This document shows positions 1 to 9,898 of a stretch of DNA of 64,000 nt, in pieces. Each line of letters starts with the position of its first letter. The first letter of the stretch is position 1. The translations under genes and the position numbers were made by a program. Source of the stretch: a virus; IMG/VR virus record IMGVR_UViG_3300017917_000733, positions 57,145-121,144 of that record. One strand, given 5' to 3'. The notes beneath the pieces are model-generated. The model did not search any database. It saw only the letters and a list, made by a program, of their open reading frames with translations, and was not told the DNA's origin.

Positions 1-1842
1 TTCAAAATCGGTTAATTCTGTCGCTGATTCAATATAGTTAACAAACTTGTATGTGTTAAGTATTTGGTAATTCCCACTATCATCGATTTTGAATCTTATT
101 TTTGATGTGTAGGAATACATTGACGGTTCTACAACAAAAATGAAATCTTTGCGATCCAACTCATCATTAAAATCTATTGTTATTTCATACCCGCCTTTGA
201 CTCTCCATAACAACCTTAAAAATCCAAAAACTTCATTCATTAAGCTATCAGCAAAATCACCATGCTCTGACTTAATTAAGTTGTAGTCAAAGTCTTCATA
301 CTCTACTTCGGAGGATACTTTTTCACTATCAAAATCTACAGTAAAATGTTCAGTTATATCACCTATGCTATGTACATTAGTAAGTGTCCCCCCAAATGTT
401 TTACACAAGTGCAACCAAATATGCATTAACTTGATTCTTATCATTCTATGCAGTCTAGTATTTTTAAGGTCTAGTGTATACCAACCTCCTAAAAGCTGGT
501 GATCCCTAGGATTCATATTATACTTTTCGCGGTTATCATAATCTGAACCTAAGTTGTCACCTAAACCCGGGCCTGGACTAACTGCTAGAATTCTCATTCT
601 ATGATTCCACAACATGTTCATGCTATGTGAGAAAGCCTCAATGTCTTCACCAGGAGCACCAATTACCCAACATGCTGATACTTGCATTCCTACTTTGTGA
701 CTGTCAATTAAGTTTTGATTAATTTCTGCTACAGTGTTCTTTTTATTAATTGCTTTTAAAACCTTATCGCTACCGGATTCAATGCCATAGTTAAATCCTT
801 GGGCGCCAGCAGCCTTCATTAATTTATAGAATTCAAGATCCATTCTGCCGTCTGCTCTCGCATATCCCCACCAATTGATACCTAAATCTCGTTCAATTAA
901 CCCTTCACAAAATTTTCTGAATTCTTTTAAGTTACCATTCATTAGGCTATCAACAAATGAAACAAAGTTAATACCGTATTTTTTAACCTGATACTCTAAT
1001 TCATCAATAACATTAGAGGAACCCCTGTCTCTAAATTTCCAGTAATATACTTCAGTACAATAACTACACTTGGCAATACAACCTCTACTTATTTCAGCAC
1101 AAATAGAATTTTTACCCCAGTATTTTTCTAAATCAAAATCAGAGTAATCAGGATATGGCAAACTATCAATGTCTATACGTGTATCACTGTATAAACTACC
1201 TATAGAAATTTGTTCTGGTTTAATATCATTTTCCCAGTTGTTTAAAAAGTCTAAAACGTTTTGTTCACTCTCGCCTATGAAATAATAATCAGATTCTTTG
1301 GGCATAACAAAATTTCTTTCGTTACACTGTGGTCCACCCATAATTATGGTAACATTAGGTTTGCGTTTTCTTAACTCTCGTATCATCCATAATGTAGGTT
1401 CAAGATTTGTATAATACGTACTGAACCCTACGATATCACTTTCTTCTTCTAGTATCTTATTCAAATATGATTCCAGTATAGGCTCATATGTAGGATGAAT
1501 TCTAGTAAAGTATTCTGTACCTTGCCACCACCAATAATTAGCACCGTTCCATGCATCAGCTAGGTCTGGGTTTGCTTCTTTGAGTGCATAATGTGATTCT
1601 ACATTGAAATCAAAGACTCGTGTAGTATACCCAGCTTCGCGGGTTAATGCTGACAATCTTGCAAGGTTGTACGGTGGCATATAGATAGCCCAACTACCCA
1701 TTACACATAATGTTATTTTTGTTTTTCTAGAGGCAGTGAATACTTCTACTCCCTTGACGTTCAAACGTAATTTTCTCGCATTGGGTGCAGTATTTTTAGG
1801 GAATACATTTTCTGCTAACCACGTGTCTTTATCTACAGCCAT
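1..1842 (-). CDS. Cobalamin (B12)-binding radical SAM enzyme, class B methyltransferase-like; 3' end runs off the window
   Basis: Not in the ORF track because it is truncated. Manual translation from ATG 1842 (MAVDKDTWLAEN...) stays open to position 1. B12-domain motifs PPYNLARL, IVGFSTY and IIMGGPQ; radical SAM motif SRGCIAKCSYC; YGIESGSDKVLKAINK. Confidence 0.85.
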   Translation of the reverse strand, partial: MAVDKDTWLAENVFPKNTAPNARKLRLNVKGVEVFTASRKTKITLCVMGSWAIYMPPYNLARLSALTREAGYTTRVFDFNVESHYALKEANPDLADAWNGANYWWWQGTEYFTRIHPTYEPILESYLNKILEEESDIVGFSTYYTNLEPTLWMIRELRKRKPNVTIIMGGPQCNERNFVMPKESDYYFIGESEQNVLDFLNNWENDIKPEQISIGSLYSDTRIDIDSLPYPDYSDFDLEKYWGKNSICAEISRGCIAKCSYCTEVYYWKFRDRGSSNVIDELEYQVKKYGINFVSFVDSLMNGNLKEFRKFCEGLIERDLGINWWGYARADGRMDLEFYKLMKAAGAQGFNYGIESGSDKVLKAINKKNTVAEINQNLIDSHKVGMQVSACWVIGAPGEDIEAFSHSMNMLWNHRMRILAVSPGPGLGDNLGSDYDNREKYNMNPRDHQLLGGWYTLDLKNTRLHRMIRIKLMHIWLHLCKTFGGTLTNVHSIGDITEHFTVDFDSEKVSSEVEYEDFDYNLIKSEHGDFADSLMNEVFGFLRLLWRVKGGYEITIDFNDELDRKDFIFVVEPSMYSYTSKIRFKIDDSGNYQILNTYKFVNYIESATELTDFE

Positions 1843-1845
1843 AAT

Positions 1846-2913
1846 TTACTTCCTATCACCGAATAGTATATAATCTTCTTGTTTGTAACCTTCCATGATT
1901 TCAGATCCTGAGCCAGAGTCTGGCGCACTATTTTTGTTATTAAGACTACCGCGAATAGGAACAATAGCCCACGTGCAGTAATCTTTAAAGTGTGGTAGAT
2001 TTTTTAATTCTTCTTCTAAGCTAAGTGTTTCTTCAACATTGTGTGGAGCCATCATAAATTTAACTTCTAAATGCCCAACACCTACATTTTTATGTTCAGC
2101 CTTTTCTTTTGCCACAGCTTCAACGACCTTAACGAACTTTGCCCTGTCATAAAACTCATAGTGTACTGATAGATTTAAATCACCATAGTGAATAATTTCT
2201 TGGTAGTAGTCAGGTTTGCGACTACCGTTGCTGTGTAAGCTAACGTGATGTCCGCATGCATTCAAATAACGTAACCAATCTAAGAAATCTTTGTTAACAG
2301 TTGGTTCGCCACCTGAAATAATGAAATTAACACTCTCACCCTTCGTAAACTTGCTTTCAATCAAATGTGTAGCTCTCATTAATTCTTCTAATGACTTATG
2401 TGGGTCAGTGTTATTATGTATCCAGGGCCAGCAATAGCTACAATCGTAGTTACAACGACGACCTATTTCCCAATAGATTTGCTTCTGCGTACTAGCGTGA
2501 GTTCTTTCCATACTGACGAAATCAGTTAGTTCAGTGTCAAGTAACTCAGGTTGTGCTGGTAAATTTTGACCTTTACGTAATGTAGGTATAAATTCTATCT
2601 TGCTTGCTTTAGGTATAAACAAGTCAGCACCGCAACTACACACGTTCTTAGTACAGTCTATCCAGTCATCGGGAACAGAAAAATCATCCCAAACACTGCC
2701 CAACTTACCACCAACCCTGCAGCTTGCTGTCCAAACTCCACCATCCATATCAATAAACAAACTATCAACACCTGCGCCGCACTTCCAACCTGTTAAGTAA
2801 TTTAATCTTGCCCCTACTAATTCATCAGTAGACCAATCTCTCCAATTACCATTTTGGTTATATGTTCTGATAGGCTTACCAGGTGTAAATTCGTAATTTG
2901 TTCTGTCTGTCAT
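1846..2913 (-). CDS. Radical SAM protein with N-terminal auxiliary Cys (SPASM/twitch-like) module
   Basis: CNYDCSYC and SGGEPT motifs; N-terminal WKCGAG...C...CTKNVCSC. Confidence 0.85.
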   Translation of the reverse strand: MTDRTNYEFTPGKPIRTYNQNGNWRDWSTDELVGARLNYLTGWKCGAGVDSLFIDMDGGVWTASCRVGGKLGSVWDDFSVPDDWIDCTKNVCSCGADLFIPKASKIEFIPTLRKGQNLPAQPELLDTELTDFVSMERTHASTQKQIYWEIGRRCNYDCSYCWPWIHNNTDPHKSLEELMRATHLIESKFTKGESVNFIISGGEPTVNKDFLDWLRYLNACGHHVSLHSNGSRKPDYYQEIIHYGDLNLSVHYEFYDRAKFVKVVEAVAKEKAEHKNVGVGHLEVKFMMAPHNVEETLSLEEELKNLPHFKDYCTWAIVPIRGSLNNKNSAPDSGSGSEIMEGYKQEDYILFGDRK

Positions 2914-4265
2914 TTAATCTCTCCGCACTGTATGTAGAACTCTTTGAGTTCGGGGAATGTTTCTGTAAAATTTAGTCCGCGTAATTCATCGAAATCTTTG
3001 AACCAAGCATGAAATTGTTGTCTCAAAATACTTTGATCGGAGTTGTTATTCTTAATACTGTCTCTTAGATTTATTAAGAAATCAGTATAAGCACCCCATC
3101 TACCATATCGGTCACTGAAGTCAGGCATAGATGATTGAACAGATTGTATCCATTCAATTGCATCTGATAAGTTATCAGCAAAATTTGGTGTCAAAACAAA
3201 AGGTGTGTGACTATTAGGCCACGTTACTATGTTTTGCTTCAACATCGCAGGTTTACCTGTATCCTGACTTACTTTATATACCCATTGTAAAAACTTCTTA
3301 TATCTTGGGATGCTAAGTGCTGTAATGCTAGGTAAAAATCCTAACGTAACTCTGTCATTGTCTTTTGTCATGTTGAATAACTTATAGACATTACTTTCAA
3401 ATCGTTTCCAATCTAACCCGTTACGAATGTATTCAGCCTGTTCTTCTGTGCTTTCCATACTTATTAGAATTTCTAGTTTGAACTTTTCATTCAACTTAGG
3501 TAGATAATTCATAAGTTTATTGAAATAGCTTTCAGGAGTATTCAAGTTAGTGACTATCCATATAGTAGTGTTGTCGTTTTCAACATCTTTGTAAACATTT
3601 AACAACTTATCAATGAATGGATAAAAGTCGGGTGTAATCAACGGCTCGCCGCCGATAATACCTATTCTATCTAAACTATGTTTTGCTTCGGTATCAACCC
3701 ATCGCCAGAACAAATCAATAAACTTTTGATTAGGAGATCCGTTGACTTCTTCATAAATCTGATATGAAATTTTACCATTCTTAACGCTCTCACTGGCCCA
3801 TTGACTACTATAAACGTGATTGCAATACATGCACTTTAAGTCGCATGTATTTCCTAAACTCACTTCTAGCATGAAAGGCTTGTGACTTCTTAGAAACTTT
3901 GAGTCAAGGCTAACTTGTTCAGAAATAACATTAAGGTCGTCTGTTTGAAATTCTTCAAACATGTTTCTATGATAAGCAAAATCAATAAACCCCTGAGGAC
4001 TATTGCCTCGTAAGCTGACCGCGCCTTGATCTTCAATTTGCCAACATTGATTACAATCACTATGACGCTCTCCCTTTACCATTTCAAATCTGCGATTTAT
4101 TTGATAATCAGTATTTAGGAATAAGTTAATATCATAAGTGTTTAAATCCTTCTCAGTTACTGTCTGAAAGGGAGTTTTACAGCATGTTCGTATCTCATTC
4201 CTAGTTAAACTGATGTTTGGATAACCCCAGCGCAAATGGCATAGGCTTTTTTCGTTTGAGGGCAT
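2910..4265 (-). CDS. Twitch-domain radical SAM protein
   Basis: N-terminal C...TCC...CNQCW module; CDLKCMYC; IGGEPL. Confidence 0.85.
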   Translation of the reverse strand: MPSNEKSLCHLRWGYPNISLTRNEIRTCCKTPFQTVTEKDLNTYDINLFLNTDYQINRRFEMVKGERHSDCNQCWQIEDQGAVSLRGNSPQGFIDFAYHRNMFEEFQTDDLNVISEQVSLDSKFLRSHKPFMLEVSLGNTCDLKCMYCNHVYSSQWASESVKNGKISYQIYEEVNGSPNQKFIDLFWRWVDTEAKHSLDRIGIIGGEPLITPDFYPFIDKLLNVYKDVENDNTTIWIVTNLNTPESYFNKLMNYLPKLNEKFKLEILISMESTEEQAEYIRNGLDWKRFESNVYKLFNMTKDNDRVTLGFLPSITALSIPRYKKFLQWVYKVSQDTGKPAMLKQNIVTWPNSHTPFVLTPNFADNLSDAIEWIQSVQSSMPDFSDRYGRWGAYTDFLINLRDSIKNNNSDQSILRQQFHAWFKDFDELRGLNFTETFPELKEFYIQCGEIK

Positions 4266-4304
4266 AATGGATTTTTATAAATAACTATTTAGTGAGATTG
4301 GTTT

Positions 4305-4403
4305 ATGAAATTTTTAAAAAACTGGATATTGAGTATCATCCGTGAGTATAGGTACAGAAAAAAATTAAAACAACTTAAAAAACGAGACCCTTTCATATAT
4401 TAA
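4305..4403 (+). CDS. Small basic protein (32 aa, ...KKRDPFIY) abutting the carbamoyltransferase gene
   Basis: Manual ORF MKFLKNWILSIIREYRYRKKLKQLKKRDPFIY; its stop is directly followed by the next ATG. Confidence 0.6.
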   Translation: MKFLKNWILSIIREYRYRKKLKQLKKRDPFIY

Positions 4404-5879
4404 ATGAATTACTTAGGCATATCATCCGGCTTCCATGATGCATCGGCTACCTTAATTGATTTCGAAGGTAATATCTTATTTGCTGGTCATAGTGAACGAT
4501 ACAGTAAAAATAAGCATGACAAATACTTAGATATTGACCTATTGAGAGATGTAACTAAATATCAAACGGATGCTTTGGAAATCCATTATTACGAAAGACC
4601 TTGGCTAAAGTCGTTAAGAGAAATACGAGCAGGCCAACCAATTTCACATCTAACAGCTAAAAGTGCTATAGGACAACAGTTCGTGTCATTTTTAGATAAT
4701 CCAAAAATTCATACATATAATCATCATTTAAGTCATGCTGCTGGCGGATTTCAAACTAGTCCTTTCGAAGATGCAACTGTCGTTGTTATAGACGCAATAG
4801 GTGAGTTTGATACTATAACAATATGGGACGCTAGATACGATAATAATGGATTTGCAAAGTACAAAAAACTATACAGCAAAAAGTATCCAAACAGTATTGG
4901 TTTATTTTACTCAGCAATGACTCAACGAGTAGGTCTTAGACCTTTAGACGAAGAATACATTCTTATGGGAATGGCCGCATACGGTGAGCCTGTGCATCTA
5001 CATGATATGATGGCACTTTTCAATAATGTATCAGATATAAATTTTAAAGAAAATTTACACATAGGTGTTCCTGAAGATTTTTTAAATAATGCGAATCCTA
5101 TGGATATCGCTAATAGCGCACAGCATTTGGTAGAATGGATGATTAAGCAAGTTGTAAGTAAAGCTAGGTATTTAGGGTCAAGCAAAAATTTAGTATATAG
5201 CGGTGGCGTTGCACTAAACTGTTTAGCTAACAGACTATTAGGAGATTATTTTGAAAACATTTGGATCATGCCTAATCCAGGTGATGCAGGAAGTAGTCTC
5301 GGAGCGGCTGCTCTTGGTTATGGCAGAAAACTTAATTGGATTAATGCTTTTCTTGGGCATGACATTGCCGGTACTTATCCCACTAACAATATACTTGACC
5401 ATCTACTTACCGATCGTATTGTTGGTGTGGCTAGTGGTAGGGCAGAATTTGGACCAAGAGCCTTAGGAAATAGAAGTCTGCTTGCAGACCCAAGAGGAAA
5501 CGAAGTAAAGGATCTAGTAAATGAAATCAAACGCAGACAAAAATTTCGACCATTTGCGCCAGTCATTCTGGAAGAGTATGTTGATGATTATTTTGATATG
5601 CCTGCTGGGTTCAGTAATAGTAGGTATATGCAAGTCATCGCTCCTTGCAGGCATCCTGACTTATTTCCTGCTATCGTTCATTATGATGGTACCAGTCGTG
5701 TCCAAACAGTGTCAAAAGATGGAACAGGCATTAGAGAACTCCTCGAAAAATGGTACGTACTAACAGGCTGTCCTATGCTATTGAATACGTCATTGAACAT
5801 TCGAGGCGAACCCATGGTCAACGATAGAAATGATGCAGCCCGTTTTGAGAATCTGTATGGAGTCAAAGTTTTATCATAA
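4404..5879 (+). CDS. Carbamoyltransferase, NodU/CmcH family
   Basis: HDASA, ERYSKNKH, HHLSHAA, GGVALNC, EFGPRALGNRSLLADP, FRPFAP and LLNTSLN motifs. Confidence 0.95.
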   Translation: MNYLGISSGFHDASATLIDFEGNILFAGHSERYSKNKHDKYLDIDLLRDVTKYQTDALEIHYYERPWLKSLREIRAGQPISHLTAKSAIGQQFVSFLDNPKIHTYNHHLSHAAGGFQTSPFEDATVVVIDAIGEFDTITIWDARYDNNGFAKYKKLYSKKYPNSIGLFYSAMTQRVGLRPLDEEYILMGMAAYGEPVHLHDMMALFNNVSDINFKENLHIGVPEDFLNNANPMDIANSAQHLVEWMIKQVVSKARYLGSSKNLVYSGGVALNCLANRLLGDYFENIWIMPNPGDAGSSLGAAALGYGRKLNWINAFLGHDIAGTYPTNNILDHLLTDRIVGVASGRAEFGPRALGNRSLLADPRGNEVKDLVNEIKRRQKFRPFAPVILEEYVDDYFDMPAGFSNSRYMQVIAPCRHPDLFPAIVHYDGTSRVQTVSKDGTGIRELLEKWYVLTGCPMLLNTSLNIRGEPMVNDRNDAARFENLYGVKVLS

Positions 5880-5887
5880 GTAATTAA

Positions 5888-8626
5888 ATGCTAAGAGATG
5901 TATTTTATTACGGAAAAAAGCCAAACGCACACCCTAGAGAAAAGTTCGCAGTAAACCTAGCTGACGCTAGACAACAATGCACAACAGAACACTTTTGGAT
6001 AATTAATGAATACTGTGATTATCGTGGGTTCGATTGGGATTTTGATTTTGAATTTTTACCCGACGAAGATGTTTGGGCAGAAAACCATAACAACGTATGG
6101 CCTAGTCAACATCAAAAAGATAGTGGCACGTGGTTATGCTCTAAAGAACACAGCGATATTATAATATATCGTGCTGACGTAGATCCTGTAAAAAGAAGAA
6201 ATGAAATAAACGAACACTGGGTTCTTTTGAAAAATGTAGATACAGAAAAATTTGATTTTAGCTGGCATCCTGATCCAACCGAACCTCCCTATATCTATGT
6301 ATTTGGAAATCAATGGTATGATGTAAGTTTAGAACCCACACTAGAATATCATGTTTCGGGTGCAACTGATAAGAAATACATGACAGATATAATAGCGCAT
6401 ACAAAACCTGATATGGACAATTGGGTTACTACTTATCAAGTGGAAGATTTTGACTATAGCTGGCGCCCTCACCCACACAATCCTCCTATGATATATCAGT
6501 TCGGAACATTACTGGATGATATACACTTAAAGGATGGTCCTGTATATAACGCTCCGGGAAATGATGGTACAATCGTCTACCTTGATAATAAACTTGCTAC
6601 AAAATCTAAAGTTTCATATCCTAAGTATTATATTAACAATACACTAGATGAGTTAATACAAGACCATCCTAACGAAATATTTTGGGCCTTGCGTAAAAAT
6701 ATTAACTACGATAATTTTGATTTTAGTTGGACACCGACCAAAGAAAACGTTTTTCATATAAACGTATTCGGATCTCCTGATAGTGAAACTACGCAAACTT
6801 ATTTTGTTAATTCGGAAATGATAAGTCGCGGATTCAAAAGTTTCAATTTTATAGAAAATAAAAGATTAGATGACGAATACCTAGCGACATTATTCAAACC
6901 AATGGATATGTTCTTTGTGGATAGAAGCAATAAAGAATCGTCAGAAAGATTTGAAAAGTTAAAACAACGGTTTCCAAGTATCCAAAAGACACGTTATCTA
7001 CATACATGGGTTGATACTATTAATCGCTGTTTGAATAAATGTACAACTGAATTATGTTGGATACTAAACAGCGAATTAGATTATACTGACTTTGATTTTG
7101 AATATTATCCTAATCCATGGCAAATGAAAATGGTTCATGTATTCGGAACTCAATGGAGTCATTGGGGAACAACGTTTGTTGTCAATAAAGAAACATTCCC
7201 CAATGATACAAAATACATTAAAATAGTCGAGCATTTATCTAATATTAATTTTGTCAAAAAATCAAAGGCTCGTGCTACCAGTTGTTTATATGATATCTAT
7301 TTTATCGACCATGGTAACGATGAGTCTCTGGTACTTTTTGAAGAATTGAAACAAAATACGCCAAACGTTTACAATATCAAATACGATACTGATTATCTAC
7401 AAACATTTAAAAATCTATTAGAAGAAATTCCTATTAGAAAAGACCATTATATTTGGGTGTGCAGTTCTATATGTAAGTATGATAAGTTTGATTTTACTTA
7501 TATCTGTGATCCATTCTCACTAGAACAATTACACGTTTTTCCTAGCGATAAACAAAAGTTTGGAGATACATTCTTTGTTAATGTTAATAAATTGAGAATG
7601 TTAATAGATGACTTGAATAAATTGGATGACTTAGAAAAAATCAACTTTAATAATAGTTTACGAACCAATAGATTGCCTTGTCCTACATTTATAAATGATA
7701 GTGATACACATACTGATTTTGCAAAGTTTGAACACAATTTCCCTTATGCTGTATATCTGACTGAGGATAACAAAACAATGATGGTCAAAGATGATGAACC
7801 TATATCATTGTGGTCAAGTGATAGCAAAAATATTATCGTATCAAGTGAAGGTGCAAGTAGAGTTCTTATACCAAAAGAAGCAAAAGAATATGTTAAGAAA
7901 GAGTTGTACGACTATCCATACATTATAACAGCTAGCCGAGTTCGCCAAAGCAGACCAATGGACATTGTTTTTCTAAGCAACGGTGAAAAGGGCGCAGATG
8001 AAAACTTTGAACATTTACAACGAGTTGCAAGGGGCGTGGCTAACAAAATAATAAGAGTTGATGGTGTCAATGGTCGCGTAGCAGCATATCATGCAGCAGC
8101 CGAAGCAAGCACCACACCTTGGTTATTTACAGTGTTTGCTAAGTTGAAAGTCAATGAAAAGTTCAATTGGTCTTGGCAACCTGATAGATTACAGATGCCT
8201 AAACATTATATCTTTAATGCAACTAATCCAGTCAATGGCTTAGAGTATGGTCACCAAGCTATGATTGCATACAATAAGAAAATGACGTTAGCTAACATAG
8301 GTAAAGGACTTGACTTTACATTGGACGACGAACACGAAGTTGTAAATCTTAACTCGGGTATAGCATTGTTCAACACTGATGAATGGTCAACTTGGCGTAC
8401 TAGTTTCCGTGAAGTAATTAAACTTAGAAACGCAACAGATGACGAATCTAAAGAAAGATTAAATGTTTGGCTAACTGTGGGCAATGGTGATTTTGCTCAG
8501 TATAGTTTAGATGGTGCAAGACATGCAGTAGAATATTATGAAGAAGTCAACGGTGACATGGATAAACTAAAACTAAGCTATGATTGGCCTTGGCTACGTG
8601 CTTACTTTGATTCCAAATATAAATAA
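5888..8626 (+). CDS. Large repetitive glycosyltransferase-like protein
   Basis: Repeated FDFSWxP...YxFG units; C-terminal DIVFLSNGE...RVDGVNGRVAAYHAAA...WRTSFREVIKL domain resembling a GT-A fold. Confidence 0.55.
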   Translation: MLRDVFYYGKKPNAHPREKFAVNLADARQQCTTEHFWIINEYCDYRGFDWDFDFEFLPDEDVWAENHNNVWPSQHQKDSGTWLCSKEHSDIIIYRADVDPVKRRNEINEHWVLLKNVDTEKFDFSWHPDPTEPPYIYVFGNQWYDVSLEPTLEYHVSGATDKKYMTDIIAHTKPDMDNWVTTYQVEDFDYSWRPHPHNPPMIYQFGTLLDDIHLKDGPVYNAPGNDGTIVYLDNKLATKSKVSYPKYYINNTLDELIQDHPNEIFWALRKNINYDNFDFSWTPTKENVFHINVFGSPDSETTQTYFVNSEMISRGFKSFNFIENKRLDDEYLATLFKPMDMFFVDRSNKESSERFEKLKQRFPSIQKTRYLHTWVDTINRCLNKCTTELCWILNSELDYTDFDFEYYPNPWQMKMVHVFGTQWSHWGTTFVVNKETFPNDTKYIKIVEHLSNINFVKKSKARATSCLYDIYFIDHGNDESLVLFEELKQNTPNVYNIKYDTDYLQTFKNLLEEIPIRKDHYIWVCSSICKYDKFDFTYICDPFSLEQLHVFPSDKQKFGDTFFVNVNKLRMLIDDLNKLDDLEKINFNNSLRTNRLPCPTFINDSDTHTDFAKFEHNFPYAVYLTEDNKTMMVKDDEPISLWSSDSKNIIVSSEGASRVLIPKEAKEYVKKELYDYPYIITASRVRQSRPMDIVFLSNGEKGADENFEHLQRVARGVANKIIRVDGVNGRVAAYHAAAEASTTPWLFTVFAKLKVNEKFNWSWQPDRLQMPKHYIFNATNPVNGLEYGHQAMIAYNKKMTLANIGKGLDFTLDDEHEVVNLNSGIALFNTDEWSTWRTSFREVIKLRNATDDESKERLNVWLTVGNGDFAQYSLDGARHAVEYYEEVNGDMDKLKLSYDWPWLRAYFDSKYK

Positions 8627-8629
8627 AAC

Positions 8630-9349
8630 ATGAAACCAGTACTTATATTAGAACATCAAGCTCCTGAAAACGCAGCATATCTATTAACATGGTTAAAGAA
8701 CCGTGATATTCCTTATGAGATATTCAATGCCGACGTGCAAAAAGAATTTCCTCAAAGCATAGAACCATATTCAGCACTGGCTGTTATGGGCGGTGGCATG
8801 AGTGCAAACGATCCACTATTAACAAACAGACAAGCAGAGATATTGATATTGCAAGCTATGCACTATGATATTCCTGTCATTGGACATTGCCTCGGCGGGC
8901 AGTTAATGAGTAAAGCATTAGGTGGTAAGATAGGACTAAGCCCTAAACCTGAGATAGGATGGCAACCAATATCTTATATAGATAATGAACTAACTAAACA
9001 ATGGTTTGGTTCTGATCCCACTGATACAGTAATACATTGGCATTACGATACATTCAGCATACCAACAGGTGCTACATTATTAGCAAGTTCAGAAAGTTGT
9101 CCTAATCAAGCGTTTGCAATCGGTAAACATTTAGCTATGCAATTTCATATAGAAATAGATGAAAACAAAGTAAATCGTTGGGTATCAGATGACGATGGTA
9201 AATGGCAACAAGCTAGACAAGATTACGATTCGGTTCAAAACAGAGATGAAATGTTAAATGATATACCAAAATATTTGACAAAACATCAACAAACCGCTGA
9301 TAATATATACACTAACTGGCTCAAAACTACAGTTTGGGCTGATAAATAA
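8630..9349 (+). CDS. Type 1 glutamine amidotransferase (GuaA-like GATase domain)
   Basis: MGGGMS, nucleophile elbow GHCLGGQL, QFHIE catalytic His-x-Glu. Confidence 0.9.
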   Translation: MKPVLILEHQAPENAAYLLTWLKNRDIPYEIFNADVQKEFPQSIEPYSALAVMGGGMSANDPLLTNRQAEILILQAMHYDIPVIGHCLGGQLMSKALGGKIGLSPKPEIGWQPISYIDNELTKQWFGSDPTDTVIHWHYDTFSIPTGATLLASSESCPNQAFAIGKHLAMQFHIEIDENKVNRWVSDDDGKWQQARQDYDSVQNRDEMLNDIPKYLTKHQQTADNIYTNWLKTTVWADK

Positions 9350-9353
9350 GGTT

Positions 9354-9449
9354 ATGAGTTATATAGCTTGGATCATCGGTGGTTTGATTGTCGCTCTTGC
9401 CATATATTGGTTAATGGATTGGCAATCACAGCACGAAGATGGTGAATGA
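9354..9449 (+). CDS. Small single-pass membrane protein (31 aa)
   Basis: MSYIAWIIGGLIVALAIYWLMDWQSQHEDGE; preceded by late-promoter-like TAAATA-N5-ATG. Confidence 0.55.
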   Translation: MSYIAWIIGGLIVALAIYWLMDWQSQHEDGE

Positions 9450-9763
9450 TTATTGTGGTATGAAGTAAAGAGAAAAGTGTTCTGGACGGCGGGGCAGTAC
9501 CGCCCAGGTCCACCAAAAGAAAATTGACACGGTGTACAACGTGCATCACGGCGTGAGCATATGGTCAGGACATAGAGCCTGAATTCAGTTTTCTTTTGAT
9601 GGGCCTGACATAGTTTCGACAGGGCAAAGAGTAACAGAGTGGACCACACGGTAGATGACGACCGTAAATCGCATTAAAAACGTAAACGCAAACGACGAAC
9701 AGTTCGCATTGGCAGCTTGATTAAAAGCAGCCTGGGGTAAGACAGACCTCGCAACAGAACCTC
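9450..9763 (+). ncRNA. ssrA: Circularly permuted (two-piece) tmRNA; tag peptide (A)ANDEQFALAA*
   Basis: Acceptor 3' half CAGGTCC-A-CCA (9505-9515), preceded by T-arm GGCGG-GGCAGTA-CCGCC, lies upstream of the 5' half GGGCCTG (9601-9607); G3-U70 pair; tag ORF 9688-9720; AACAGAA at 9753-9759. Outer ends are approximate. Confidence 0.93.
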
Positions 9764-9788
9764 AAAAAGGGCATTAATGCCCTTTTTT
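9764..9788 (+). terminator. Rho-independent terminator after tmRNA
   Basis: AAAAAGGGCATTAATGCCCTTTTTT. Confidence 0.8.
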
Positions 9789-9898
9789 CATGGCTACCAT
9801 GTGATTGTAATCACAATCTACCCGTAACTTTTATTTCCCTCATTAATCTAATTACTATATACTTGTTAAGTTATTTTTAATCACAGAAAGGCACACAA

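Noticed and set aside
1-4265. Pyrrolysine biosynthesis (PylB) link between the radical SAM genes and the CUA tRNA
   Set aside because: The enzymes are B12-dependent or twitch/SPASM types, not BioB/HydE-like PylB; no PylS, PylC or PylD visible in the window
9359-9649. 96-aa minus-strand ORF
   Set aside because: Overlaps the tmRNA, which explains the sequence
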